Shown: positions 17,776 through 27,097 of the stretch, piece after piece
Layout of the letters: every line of letters begins with the position of its first letter
Numbering within the stretch: the stretch's first letter is position 1
Assembly (NCBI GenBank): GCA_943372495.1
Contig: CALRYV010000032.1
Span: 2,669-66,668, forward strand
Source: Ramlibacter sp. 2FC
GTDB lineage: Bacteria > Pseudomonadota > Gammaproteobacteria > Burkholderiales > Burkholderiaceae_C
Reading direction: 5' to 3'
Length of the DNA: 64,000 nt
The notes under the pieces: generated by a model
Told to the model about the DNA's origin: nothing
The model's database searches: none
Seen by the model: only the letters and a program-made list of their open reading frames with translations
Program-made: the position numbers and the translations under genes

Positions 17776-19164
17776 ATGCAAGTGTCTCCTTCGATCTTCA
17801 AGGCCTACGATGTCCGGGGCGTCGTTCCGTCCACCCTCGATGAAGCGCTGGCGTACGGCCTGGGCCTCGCCTTCGGCCACATGGCCCGCAAGGAAGGCGA
17901 ACAAGCCGTCGCCGTCGGCCGCGACGGCCGCCTGAGCGGCCCGTCGCTCGGCGCCGCCCTCGTCCGGGGCCTGGCGGCCGCCGGCGTCGACGTGATCGAC
18001 ATCGGCATGGCGACGACGCCGATGCTGTACTTCGCCGCCAACACGCTCTGCTCCAGCGGCATCCAGGTGACCGGCAGCCACAACCCGAAGGACTACAACG
18101 GCTTCAAGATGGTGCTGGCCGGCCGCGCCATCTACGGCGAAGACATCCAGGCGTTGCGCCGGCTGATCGAGGCCGGCCAGGGCAAGGCGCCCGACGGCCG
18201 GGTCGGCACCGTCCGCAACGTCAACCTGGAGGCGCCGTACCGCGACCGCATCACCGGCGACGTCAAGCTGGCGCGCAAGATGAAGATCGTCGTCGACTGC
18301 GGCAACGGCGTCGCCGGCGCGACGGCACCGGCGATCTTCCGGGCGCTGGGCTGCGAGGTGATCGAGCTGTTCAGCGAGGTCGACGGCAACTTCCCCAACC
18401 ACCATCCCGACCCGAGCAAGCCGGAGAACCTGCGGGACCTGATGGCGGCCCTGAAGACGACGGGCGCCGAGCTGGGCCTGGCCTTCGACGGCGACGGCGA
18501 CCGCCTGGGCATCGTCACGCCGGAAGGCAACAACATCTACCCGGACCGCCAGATGATGCTGTTCGCCCGCGACGTGCTGACGCGCGTTCCCGGCGGCACC
18601 ATCCTCTTCGACGTCAAGTGCACCCAGCGGCTGGCGCCGGCGATCCGCGAAGCCGGCGGCGTGCCGCTGATGTACAAGACCGGCCATTCGCTGATCAAGG
18701 CGAAGATGAAGGAAGTCGATTCGCCGCTGGGCGGCGAGATGAGCGGCCACATCTTCTTCAAGGAACGCTGGTTCGGGTTCGACGACGGCACCTATGCCGG
18801 CGCCCGGATGCTGGAGCTGCTGTCGCGCCACGCCGATCCGGCCGCCGTGCTCGACGCCTTGCCGACCAGCTTCTCGACGCCGGAACTCAACGTGCAGTGC
18901 GCCGAGGGCGAGCCGCACCGGCTGGTGGAACAGCTGGTCGCCAAGGCGAAGTTCGACGCCCCCGCCGAAGTCACCACCATCGACGGCATCCGGGTCGACT
19001 GGCCGGACGGCTTCGGCCTGGTCCGCGCCTCCAACACCACGCCGGTGCTGGTGCTGCGCTTCGAGGGCCACACCCAGCAGGCCCTGGACCGGATCGAGAC
19101 CACCATGCTCGAACTACTGCGCAGCGTGAAGCCCGACGCCGTGATCGGCGAGGCAGCGCATTGA
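17776..19164 (+). CDS. algC: phosphomannomutase/phosphoglucomutase
   Basis: MQVSPSIFKAYDVRGVV...IQVTGSHNPKDYNGFK has the active-site Ser motif TGSHNP. The metal loop is FDGDGDR. The track ORF start at 17662 is over-extended. Confidence 0.9.
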   Translation: MQVSPSIFKAYDVRGVVPSTLDEALAYGLGLAFGHMARKEGEQAVAVGRDGRLSGPSLGAALVRGLAAAGVDVIDIGMATTPMLYFAANTLCSSGIQVTGSHNPKDYNGFKMVLAGRAIYGEDIQALRRLIEAGQGKAPDGRVGTVRNVNLEAPYRDRITGDVKLARKMKIVVDCGNGVAGATAPAIFRALGCEVIELFSEVDGNFPNHHPDPSKPENLRDLMAALKTTGAELGLAFDGDGDRLGIVTPEGNNIYPDRQMMLFARDVLTRVPGGTILFDVKCTQRLAPAIREAGGVPLMYKTGHSLIKAKMKEVDSPLGGEMSGHIFFKERWFGFDDGTYAGARMLELLSRHADPAAVLDALPTSFSTPELNVQCAEGEPHRLVEQLVAKAKFDAPAEVTTIDGIRVDWPDGFGLVRASNTTPVLVLRFEGHTQQALDRIETTMLELLRSVKPDAVIGEAAH

Positions 19165-19174
19165 GCGCCTCTCC

Positions 19175-20137
19175 GTGAAGGTCCTGTTCGTCAAGCTGTC
19201 TTCGCTTGGCGATGTCGTTCACGCAATGCCGGCGCTGCAGGACATCCGGCAGGCCCTGCCGCAGGCGCGGATCGACTGGGTCGTGGAGCGGGCCTTCGCG
19301 CCGCTGGTCGAACGCTGCGACGGCGCCGGCCGCGTCATCCCCTGCGAACTGCGGCGCTGGCGCAAATCGCCGCTGGCGGTGGGCACCCGGACCGAATGGC
19401 GGGCCTTTCGCGCGGAACTGCGCCGCGACGCCTACGACGCCGTGATCGACCTGCAGGGCCTCACCAAGTCGGCCCTGGTGGCCCGGCTGGCGCGGCTGGC
19501 GCCGGGCGGGCGGCGCCATGCGCTGGCCAACCGGACCGAGGGCTCGAGCTACGAAGCGCCGACCCGCTGGGTGGCGGATGTCGCCCACCGGATCGGGCCC
19601 CAGGTGCACGCCGTGCAGCGATCGCGCGAGCTGTGCGCCATGGCGCTGGGCTACGCGGTGCCATCGACGCTGCGGTACGGCCTGCGGGCGCACGGTGGCA
19701 GCGCCGCAACCGGCACGGTCGCGTTCGTCCACGGCAGCTCGCGCGACGACAAGTGCTGGCCCGAGCCGCACTGGCTGGAGCTGGGCGCCCGGTTGATCGC
19801 GCAGGGCCACACGATCGGGCTGCCGCACGGCAGCGACGCCGAGCGCGAGCGCGGCGAGCGGCTGGCGGGCGGGCTCGGGCCGGGCGCGCAAGCCTGGCCG
19901 CGGCTGGACCTGGGCGCGCTGGCGGACCGCTTCGCCCAATGCGCCGGTGTGATCGGCGTCGACAGCGGCCTCAGCCACATCGCCGTGGCGCTGGACCGGC
20001 CGCATGTGCAGATCTACAACTTCGACACGGCCTGGCGCACCGGGCCGGCCGCCCCGCGCCAGGCCAGCGTGTTCGCCCGCCCGACGCCGTCGGTGGACCA
20101 GGTGTGGTCCGCGTGGCAGCAGGTTCGGTCCGCATGA
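19175..20137 (+). CDS. waaC: lipopolysaccharide heptosyltransferase I (GT9)
   Basis: (GTG start) MKVLFVKLSSLGDVVHAMPALQDIRQALPQARIDWVVE... is the GT9 N-terminal signature. It lies upstream of waaA. Confidence 0.85.
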   Translation: MKVLFVKLSSLGDVVHAMPALQDIRQALPQARIDWVVERAFAPLVERCDGAGRVIPCELRRWRKSPLAVGTRTEWRAFRAELRRDAYDAVIDLQGLTKSALVARLARLAPGGRRHALANRTEGSSYEAPTRWVADVAHRIGPQVHAVQRSRELCAMALGYAVPSTLRYGLRAHGGSAATGTVAFVHGSSRDDKCWPEPHWLELGARLIAQGHTIGLPHGSDAERERGERLAGGLGPGAQAWPRLDLGALADRFAQCAGVIGVDSGLSHIAVALDRPHVQIYNFDTAWRTGPAAPRQASVFARPTPSVDQVWSAWQQVRSA

Positions 20138-21399
20138 TCCGCCCGCTCTATTCGCTGGTGATGAGCGGCGTCCAGCCGTTCCTGCGCCGCAAGCTGCGCC
20201 GGCGCGGCGTGGCCGAGCCCGGCTACCTGCAGCACGTGGACGAGCGCTTCGGCGTGTACGCGGCCCGCAGCGAACCCGGCCGGATCTGGATCCACGCCGT
20301 GTCGCTGGGCGAAACCCGGGCCGCCGCGATCCTGCTGGAGCAATTGCGCGCGCAGCAGCCCGGCGTGCAGGTGCTGCTGACGCATGGCACGGCCACCGGC
20401 CGGGCCGAGGGCGAGCGGCTGCTGCGGCCCGGCGACGCCCAGGCCTGGCTGCCGTGGGACACGCCGCGGGCGGTGCGGGGCTTCCTGCGGCATTTCCGGC
20501 CGCGCATCGGCGTGCTGATGGAGACCGAGGTCTGGCCCAACCTGGTCGCCGGCTGCGTCGAGCAGGGCGTGCCGCTGGTGCTGGCGAACGCCCGGCTGTC
20601 GGACAAATCGATGCGCCAGGCGCTGCGGCTGGAGCGGCTCTCACGGCCCGCGTACGGCGCGCTCTCGGCCGTCTGGGCCCAGACCGCGGACGACGGCCGC
20701 CGGCTGGCGCGGGTCGGCGCCACCGTGAGCGGCGTGTTCGGCAATCTCAAGTTCGACGCTGCGCCCGACCCGCGGCAGCTGGAGCAGGGGCGCGAGTGGC
20801 GGCGCCGGCTGGAGCGGCCGGTCGTGATGTTCGCCAGCTCCCGCGAAGGCGAGGAGCAGGCCCTGTTCCAGCTGCTGGCGCGGAACCGGACGCTCGCCGC
20901 GGGCAACGTGCAATGGCTGGTGGTGCCGCGCCATCCGCAACGCTTCGACGAGGTCGCGGCGCTGGCGGCGCAGCAGGGGTTCACGGTGTCGCGTCGCAGC
21001 AGCTGGGACGGCGCGCCGGCGCCGGCCGACGTCTGGATCGGCGACTCGCTGGGCGAGATGTCGCTGTACTACGGCCTCGCCGACGCCGCCCTGCTGGGTG
21101 GCAGCTTCGAGCCGCTCGGCGGCCAGAACCTGATCGAGGCCGCCGCCAGCGGCTGTCCGGTCGTGATGGGACCGCACACCTTCAACTTCGCCGACGCGGC
21201 GCAGCTGGCCGCGCATGCTGGCGCTGCAGTGGCGGTGTCGACGCTGGAAGAAGCCATGCGCACCGCCGTGGCGATCGCCACCGATGCGCCCGGCCAAGCC
21301 CGGATGGTCACGGCGGGACTGGCTTTCGCCGCCGCTCACCGCGGGGCGGTGCAGAAGACCGCGGCGGCGCTGCTGGCCCTGGTGGCCAGTCGGCCTTAA
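20134..21399 (+). CDS. waaA: 3-deoxy-D-manno-octulosonic acid (Kdo) transferase
   Basis: MIRPLYSLVMSGVQPFLRRKL...IWIHAVSLGETRAAAILL...GGSFEPLGGQNLIEAAASGCPVVMGPHTFNF. There is an ATGA overlap with waaC. Confidence 0.9.
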   Translation: MIRPLYSLVMSGVQPFLRRKLRRRGVAEPGYLQHVDERFGVYAARSEPGRIWIHAVSLGETRAAAILLEQLRAQQPGVQVLLTHGTATGRAEGERLLRPGDAQAWLPWDTPRAVRGFLRHFRPRIGVLMETEVWPNLVAGCVEQGVPLVLANARLSDKSMRQALRLERLSRPAYGALSAVWAQTADDGRRLARVGATVSGVFGNLKFDAAPDPRQLEQGREWRRRLERPVVMFASSREGEEQALFQLLARNRTLAAGNVQWLVVPRHPQRFDEVAALAAQQGFTVSRRSSWDGAPAPADVWIGDSLGEMSLYYGLADAALLGGSFEPLGGQNLIEAAASGCPVVMGPHTFNFADAAQLAAHAGAAVAVSTLEEAMRTAVAIATDAPGQARMVTAGLAFAAAHRGAVQKTAAALLALVASRP

Positions 21400-22724
21400 C
21401 CGCGCCCGGCCAGCAGCGCGCTCAGCCGCGCCAGGTCTTCCGGCGTCAGCGTGCCGTTGGCCTGGCGCAGCCGCAGGTGGCCGACCAGCACGTTGTAGCG
21501 GGCCTGGGCCAGGTCGCGCTTGGTCTGGAACAGCTGGCTCTGCGTGTTGAGCACGTCGATGTTGATGCGCACGCCGACCTGGTAGCCCAGGCGGTTGGCC
21601 TCCAGCGCGCTCTGGCTGGACGCTTCGGCCGCTTCCAGCGCCTTCACCTGGCCCTGGCCCGACACCACGCCGAAGTAAGCCGAGCGGGTGGCCTGGGCCA
21701 CGCTGCGCCGGGTCGTCTCCAGGTCGGCGTGGGCCTTTTCTTCCAGCGCCAGGGTTTCGCGGATCCGGTTTTCCACGGCGAAGCCGGCGAACAGCGGCAG
21801 GTTGAGCGACACGCCGATGGTGCCGGCGTTGCTGCGCGACGTCAGGGCCGACGAGGCGCTGCCGTCCTGGTTGCGCGTGAGGTTGTAGCTGGCCGTCAGG
21901 TCGACCGTCGGCTTGTGGCCGGCCTTGGCCTTCTCGGTTTCCAGCTGCGCGATCTCGACGTTGGTGCGGGCCTGCTGGATCGCCGGGCTGAAATCCTCGG
22001 ACTGCTGGACCCAGGCGTTGACATCGGGCGGTTGCGGCGCCGGCAGGTTCGAGGCCACCGGCATCGGGTCGGGCTGTACGTCGGCCTTGCCGACCTGGGT
22101 GTCCAGCGCCAGCCGCTTGACCCGCAGGTCGTTCTCGGCGGCGATCTCCTGGGCGATCACCAGGTCGTAGCGGGCCTGGGCCTCGCGGGTGTCGGTGATG
22201 GTGGAGGTGCCGACCTCGAAGTTGCGCTTGGCCGACGCCAGCTGCTCGGCGACGGCCGCCTTCTGGGCCCGCACGAAGGCCAGCGTGTCCTGGGCCGCCA
22301 GCACGTCGAAGTAGGCCTGGCTGACCCGGATGATCAGGTCCTGGGCCGCGGCCGTCAGTTGCGCCCGGGCCAGTTCGACCTGGCGCTTGCCCTGCTCGTA
22401 GGTGGCGAGGTTGGCCGGCCGGTACAGCGGCTGCGAGGCGCTGAGGGTGGCGCTCTGGGTGCCGTAGGCGCGCGTGACCTCTGGGTTGTTGACGTCGAAG
22501 GCCGTGCGGCTGACGCCGGCGGCCAGGTTGGCCGTCGGCAGCACGCCGGCCTTGGCCTGGGCGGCCCGGAACAGGTTGGCGTCGTACTGCGCCTTGGCCG
22601 ACTGCCAGGCGGCATCGTACGCGCGGGCCGACTCGTAGAGTTCGAACAGGCCCTGGGCGTGCGCCGGCGCGGCCAGGGCCGCCCCGAGGGTGGCCGTCAA
22701 TGGAAGAAGCCGCAGTACTTTCAT
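21396..22724 (-). CDS. tolC: TolC-family outer membrane efflux channel
   Basis: The signal peptide is MKVLRLLPLTATLGAALAAPAHAQ. It is followed by GLFELYESARAYDAAWQSAKAQYDA and two repeated coiled-coil halves typical of TolC. Confidence 0.9.
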   Translation of the reverse strand: MKVLRLLPLTATLGAALAAPAHAQGLFELYESARAYDAAWQSAKAQYDANLFRAAQAKAGVLPTANLAAGVSRTAFDVNNPEVTRAYGTQSATLSASQPLYRPANLATYEQGKRQVELARAQLTAAAQDLIIRVSQAYFDVLAAQDTLAFVRAQKAAVAEQLASAKRNFEVGTSTITDTREAQARYDLVIAQEIAAENDLRVKRLALDTQVGKADVQPDPMPVASNLPAPQPPDVNAWVQQSEDFSPAIQQARTNVEIAQLETEKAKAGHKPTVDLTASYNLTRNQDGSASSALTSRSNAGTIGVSLNLPLFAGFAVENRIRETLALEEKAHADLETTRRSVAQATRSAYFGVVSGQGQVKALEAAEASSQSALEANRLGYQVGVRINIDVLNTQSQLFQTKRDLAQARYNVLVGHLRLRQANGTLTPEDLARLSALLAGRG

Positions 22725-22760
22725 GTCCGTCCTCAGGTTCTTGTTTTGCTCTGCTGGCCG

Positions 22761-23096
22761 TCAGTATCGGGGAATGGAGCCGTCGCACTCCAGCGCCCAG
22801 GCGTCGATGCCCCCCGCAATGTTGGCAACCGTGTCGAAACCGTTGCTGGCGAGGTACATCGCGACCCGCTGGCTGCGGCCGCCGCGGTGGCACAGCACGG
22901 CCACGGGGCGCTGCGGGTCCAGTTCGGCCAGCCGGGCCGGAATGTCGTTCATCGGGATCACGAGCAGGTCGAAGCCGTCGGGCCGGACGCTCGCCATCTG
23001 CAGTTCTTCGGGTTCACGGACGTCGAGGACGACACCGGGGCGGGGCTGGGTTTGCAGCCAGGCTGCGAGGCCGGACGGACGGACCTGCTCGATCAT
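22761..23096 (-). CDS. rhodanese-like domain protein (sulfurtransferase)
   Basis: MIEQVRPSGLAAWLQTQ...VLDVREPEE...PVAVLCHRGGRSQRVAMYL contains the active-site loop CHRGGRS. Confidence 0.85.
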   Translation of the reverse strand: MIEQVRPSGLAAWLQTQPRPGVVLDVREPEELQMASVRPDGFDLLVIPMNDIPARLAELDPQRPVAVLCHRGGRSQRVAMYLASNGFDTVANIAGGIDAWALECDGSIPRY

Positions 23097-23107
23097 TTGT
23101 GAATACC

Positions 23108-23794
23108 TTAGAAACGGAAGCGCGAGGGCTCGGGGAAATGGACCAGGCGCGGCGCCACCGTGTCCCAGGGCTGGGCGGTGGTGTAGCTGGAGTCGCCGGT
23201 GCGGGTGATGAAGGTGGCGCGCATCATCGGCTCCATCCCGGTGATGGCCGCCAGTCGGCCGCCGACCTTGAGCTGCTCCAGCAGCCGGTGCGGCACCTCC
23301 GCCACCGAGCCGCTCAGCAGGATGGCGTCGAACGGACCCTCGGCCGGCACGGCCGTGGCGCCGTCGGCTTCGCGCACTTCGGCGTTGGCGATGCCGGCGC
23401 GTTGCAGGTTCTCGCGGGCCATCCGGGCCAGTTGCGGCTCGATCTCCAGGGTGATGACGCGGGCCGCCCGGTGCGCCAGCAGCGCCGCCATGTAGCCGGA
23501 GCCGGCGCCGATTTCCAGCACCCGGTCGGTCGGCGCGAGCTTGAGGTCCTGCAGCAGGCGGGCCTCGACCCGCGGCGCCAGCATGCAATGGCCCATGCGC
23601 ATGGCATCGTCCTCGCTACCGAGCAGCGGGATTTCCATGTCGACGAAAGCCAGCGCCTTGTGGGCCAGCGGCACGAACTGCTCGCGCTTGACGGTCGACA
23701 GCAGCTCCAGGATGCCGAGGTCCAGCACGTCCCAGGGACGGATCTGCTGCTCGATCATGTTGAAGCGCGCTTGTTCCAGGGGGTTGAGGCTCAT
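23108..23794 (-). CDS. protein-L-isoaspartate O-methyltransferase family protein
   Basis: 228 aa with the SAM-binding motif VLEIGAGSGYMAALLA. It sits in the tolC-rhodanese-pcm arrangement, which as I recall is conserved in related bacteria. Confidence 0.8.
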   Translation of the reverse strand: MSLNPLEQARFNMIEQQIRPWDVLDLGILELLSTVKREQFVPLAHKALAFVDMEIPLLGSEDDAMRMGHCMLAPRVEARLLQDLKLAPTDRVLEIGAGSGYMAALLAHRAARVITLEIEPQLARMARENLQRAGIANAEVREADGATAVPAEGPFDAILLSGSVAEVPHRLLEQLKVGGRLAAITGMEPMMRATFITRTGDSSYTTAQPWDTVAPRLVHFPEPSRFRF

Positions 23795-23814
23795 GGAGAA
23801 CTCCGAAAAAGGCT

Positions 23815-26800
23815 TCAGGGCAAACGGTCGATTTTAGAGGCCGGCAGCGCCCCGGCCGTTGCGCCCCCGCCGGCGGGCCGCCGCCCGGCCCCAACTTTGC
23901 GCCGCAGCCACCGGGCCAGGTCGTCCATGTAGCAGTACACGACCGGCACCACCACCAGGGTCAGCAGCGACGAGGTGATGACGCCGCCGATCACCGCCTG
24001 GCCCATCGGCGCGCGCTGCTCCGACCCCTCCGTGAGGGCGAAGGCCAGCGGCACCATGCCGAAGATCATGGCCAGCGTCGTCATCAGGATCGGGCGCAGC
24101 CGGACCCGGGCCGCATGCAGCAATGCCCCGGTGCGGTCCATGCCGTCCTCGCGCATCCGGATGGCGAAGTCCACCAGCAGGATGGCGTTCTTGGTCACCA
24201 GCCCCATCAGCATCACGATGCCGATGATGGAGAACATCGACAGCGTCGAGCGGAACAGCATCAGCGCCAGCACCACCCCGATCAGCGTCAGCGGCAGCGC
24301 GGTCATCAGGGCCAGCGGCTGCAGGAAGCTCTTGAACTGGCTGGCCAGGATCATGTAGATGAAGATCACCGCCAGCGCCAGCGCCGAGACGGCGTAGCCG
24401 AACGATTCGGCCATGTTCTTGGTCGAGCCGCTGAACTGGTAGCGGTAGCCGGGCGGGAAGCTGATGCCGTCGAGCCGGGCCCGGATCTCGTTGGAGACCT
24501 CGCCGGCCGAGCGGGTGTCGACGTTGGCATTGATCGAGACTTCGCGCGCCAGATCCCGCCGGTTGATCTGGTTGGCGCCGGTCGATTCGCGCAGCGTCGC
24601 CAGCTGGTTCAGCCGCACGATCCGGGTGCTGCCGTCGGCATTGGCGCCCAGGGCGAACGGCAGCCGTTCCAGGTCCTGCGGCGTGTTGCGGGCGTCGGGC
24701 GCCAGCCGCACGTTGACGTCGTAGGTCTGGTCGTCGGGCGCGCGCCAGTTGCCGACGGTCTGGCCGGCGACCAGGGTGCGCAGCGACCCGGCGATCTGCG
24801 CCACCGACAGCCCCAGGTCGGAGGCGGCGTCGCGCCGGACGTCAAGCTCGATCACCGGCTTGTTCGGCTTGACGCTGGAATCGAGGTCGACCAGGCCGGG
24901 GATGTCGCGGATCCGCTCGCCCACCAGCCGCGCCAGCCGCTCCAGCTCCTTGAGGTCGGGGCCCTGCAGCGAGAACTCGACCTGCTTGTTGCCGCCCACC
25001 GAATCCAGCAGGCCGACGTGGGTGACGGTGATGCCCGGCACCTGCCTGAGGCGCTCGCGCAGCACGGAGGAGAGCTGGTCGACGCTGCGGCTGCGGTCCT
25101 TGCGGTCGACCAGCCGCACGTAGATCGAGGCGTAGATCTTGCCGGCGGCGTTGCCGGTGTTGATGGTGGCGAGCGTGTAGCGCACCTCCGGGAATTCGCG
25201 CAGGATGGCCTCGACCTGCCTGGCCTTGGCTTCGGTCGCTTCCAGCGACGAGCCGACCGGCGTGTGGAAGTTGAGCGAGGTCTCGGAGTAATCGGCCTTG
25301 GGCACGAACTCGGTCCCGAGCAGCGGCACCATGAAGATGCTGGTGACGAAGATCGCGACCGCCATCAGCACGGTCGCCAGCTTGTGCGCCAGCGACCAGC
25401 GCAGGATGCCCTGGTAGCCCTCGGCCAGCGACTCGGTGGCGCGGTCGAACCAGCCGGTGACGCGGCCGATGGTCTTGTCGTACAACGTCACCCGGGCCTT
25501 GGGCTGGCCGTGGGCCTCGATGCTCGGGTCGTGCCAGAGCGACGACAGCATCGGGTCGAGCGTGAAGCTGACGAACATCGAGATCAGCACCGCGGCGACG
25601 ATGGTGACGCCGAACTCGTGGAAGAACTTGCCGATGATGCCGCCCATGAAGCCGATCGGCAGGAACACCGCCACGATCGAGAAGGTGGTGGCCAGCACCG
25701 CCAGGCCGATCTCCTGGGTGCCGTCCATGGAGGCCTGGTACGGGCTCTTGCCCATCTGCACGTGGCGCACGATGTTCTCGCGCACCACGATGGCGTCGTC
25801 GATGAGAAGACCGACGCACAGCGACAGCGCCATCAGCGTCACCATGTTGATCGAGAAGCCGAAGGCGTCCATGAACAGGAAAGTGCCGATCAGCGCGATC
25901 GGCAGCGTCAGGCCGGTGATGACGGTGGAGCGCCACGAGTTCAGGAACAGGAACACGATCAGGATGGTCAGGAACGCGCCCTCGAACAGGGTGCGGCGGA
26001 CGTTGTCGACCGCGACCCGGATCGGCCGCGAGCCGTCCATGATCGGCTCCAGCCGCACGCCCGGCGGCAGCTGCGCCTGCATCTCGGCCAGCGTCCTGGT
26101 CAGGCCGTCGATCACCTGGATGGTGTTCTCGTCCTGCGACTTCTGCACCGTCAGCAGCAGCGTGCGCTGGCCGTTGTAGAGGGCCAGGCTGTCGATCTCC
26201 TGGGCGCCGTCGCTGACCCGCGCCACCTGCTCGACCCGCACCGGCGCCCCGGCCTTGCGGGCCACGATGATCCGGCCGAAGTCCTCGGGCCGCTGGATCC
26301 GGGCGTCGATCTGCACCATCCGCTCCTGCGCCAGCGAGCGGATCGCGCCGACCGGCAGGTCCTGGTTCTCGGTGCGCACCGCGGTGACGACCTGGTCGGC
26401 GGTGACGCCCTGCGCCTCCATCGCCGCCGGGTTCAGGTAAACATTGATCTCGCGCCGCGTGCCGCCGACCAGCGTCACCGAGCCGACGCCGCGCACGTTC
26501 TCCAGCCGCTTCTTGAGCACTTGGTCGGCCCAGTTGGTGAGTTCGACCGCTGAGAGTGGTGCCCCCACGCTTGCGGCCGGGGCCGCTGCGCTGCCCCCCG
26601 AGGGGGCGTTCGCGCCTTGGGGCGGCCCGGCGGCGCTCAGGCTCTTGCCCTGGGTCCCGTCCGGCAGCACCGCCAGCGACCAGATCGCCCGGCTGGACGG
26701 ATCGAAGCGCAGCACCCGCGGCTCCTTGACCTCGGTGCGGAACAGCGGGCGGATCGCCGCCACCTTCTCGCGCACGTCCTCGGCCGCCTTGCGGCCGTCG

Positions 26801-27096
26801 ATGTGGAGCTGGAACTCGATGATCACCACCGCCACGCCTTCGAGGCTGCGCGAGGTGAGGGCGTTGATGCCGGCGATCGAGTTGACGCCTTCCTCGATCT
26901 TCTTGGTGACCTCGCTCTCGACGATCTCGGGCGACGCGCCCGGATAGTCGGCGGTGATCACCACCACCGGGAAGTCGATGTTGGGGAACTGGTCGACCTT
27001 GAGCCGCTGGTAGGAGAACAGGCCCAGGACCACCAGGGCCAGCATCACCATCGTGGCGAAGACCGGGTTGTTCAGGCTGACGCGGGTGAACCACAT
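23815..27096 (-). CDS. RND-family (AcrB/MdtB-like) efflux transporter permease, 1093 aa, carrying a low-complexity periplasmic insertion
   Basis: MWFTRVSLNNPVFATMVMLALVVLGLFSYQRLKVDQFPNIDFPVV... has a 12-TM architecture and is preceded by an MFP gene. The insertion is GKSLSAAGPPQGANAPSGGSAAAPAASVGAPLS, encoded around 26555-26650. Confidence 0.9.
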   Translation of the reverse strand: MWFTRVSLNNPVFATMVMLALVVLGLFSYQRLKVDQFPNIDFPVVVITADYPGASPEIVESEVTKKIEEGVNSIAGINALTSRSLEGVAVVIIEFQLHIDGRKAAEDVREKVAAIRPLFRTEVKEPRVLRFDPSSRAIWSLAVLPDGTQGKSLSAAGPPQGANAPSGGSAAAPAASVGAPLSAVELTNWADQVLKKRLENVRGVGSVTLVGGTRREINVYLNPAAMEAQGVTADQVVTAVRTENQDLPVGAIRSLAQERMVQIDARIQRPEDFGRIIVARKAGAPVRVEQVARVSDGAQEIDSLALYNGQRTLLLTVQKSQDENTIQVIDGLTRTLAEMQAQLPPGVRLEPIMDGSRPIRVAVDNVRRTLFEGAFLTILIVFLFLNSWRSTVITGLTLPIALIGTFLFMDAFGFSINMVTLMALSLCVGLLIDDAIVVRENIVRHVQMGKSPYQASMDGTQEIGLAVLATTFSIVAVFLPIGFMGGIIGKFFHEFGVTIVAAVLISMFVSFTLDPMLSSLWHDPSIEAHGQPKARVTLYDKTIGRVTGWFDRATESLAEGYQGILRWSLAHKLATVLMAVAIFVTSIFMVPLLGTEFVPKADYSETSLNFHTPVGSSLEATEAKARQVEAILREFPEVRYTLATINTGNAAGKIYASIYVRLVDRKDRSRSVDQLSSVLRERLRQVPGITVTHVGLLDSVGGNKQVEFSLQGPDLKELERLARLVGERIRDIPGLVDLDSSVKPNKPVIELDVRRDAASDLGLSVAQIAGSLRTLVAGQTVGNWRAPDDQTYDVNVRLAPDARNTPQDLERLPFALGANADGSTRIVRLNQLATLRESTGANQINRRDLAREVSINANVDTRSAGEVSNEIRARLDGISFPPGYRYQFSGSTKNMAESFGYAVSALALAVIFIYMILASQFKSFLQPLALMTALPLTLIGVVLALMLFRSTLSMFSIIGIVMLMGLVTKNAILLVDFAIRMREDGMDRTGALLHAARVRLRPILMTTLAMIFGMVPLAFALTEGSEQRAPMGQAVIGGVITSSLLTLVVVPVVYCYMDDLARWLRRKVGAGRRPAGGGATAGALPASKIDRLP
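26561..26613. repeat. GC-rich repeat unit, copy A (inside the RND CDS, in frame)
   Basis: GCCCCCACGC-(20 nt)-CTGCCCCCCGAGGGGGCGTTCGC. The first block matches copy B (49774-49820) at 10/10 positions and the last block at 22/23. It contains the hairpin CCCCC-GAG-GGGGG-like core. Confidence 0.7.
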
Positions 27097-27097
27097 G

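Noticed and set aside
20004-23102. A 1032-aa plus-strand ORF and a 750-aa minus-strand ORF (20641-22893).
   Set aside because: They overlap waaA, tolC and the rhodanese gene in other frames or strands. Their composition is dominated by Arg, Ala, Gly and Pro, and I saw no recognisable domains.
24115-27094. An 812-aa plus-strand ORF and a 750-aa minus-strand alternate-frame ORF across the RND gene.
   Set aside because: They are shadow frames of the 1093-aa RND transporter, which has clear family signatures. The alternatives are low-complexity and Arg/His/Asp-rich.
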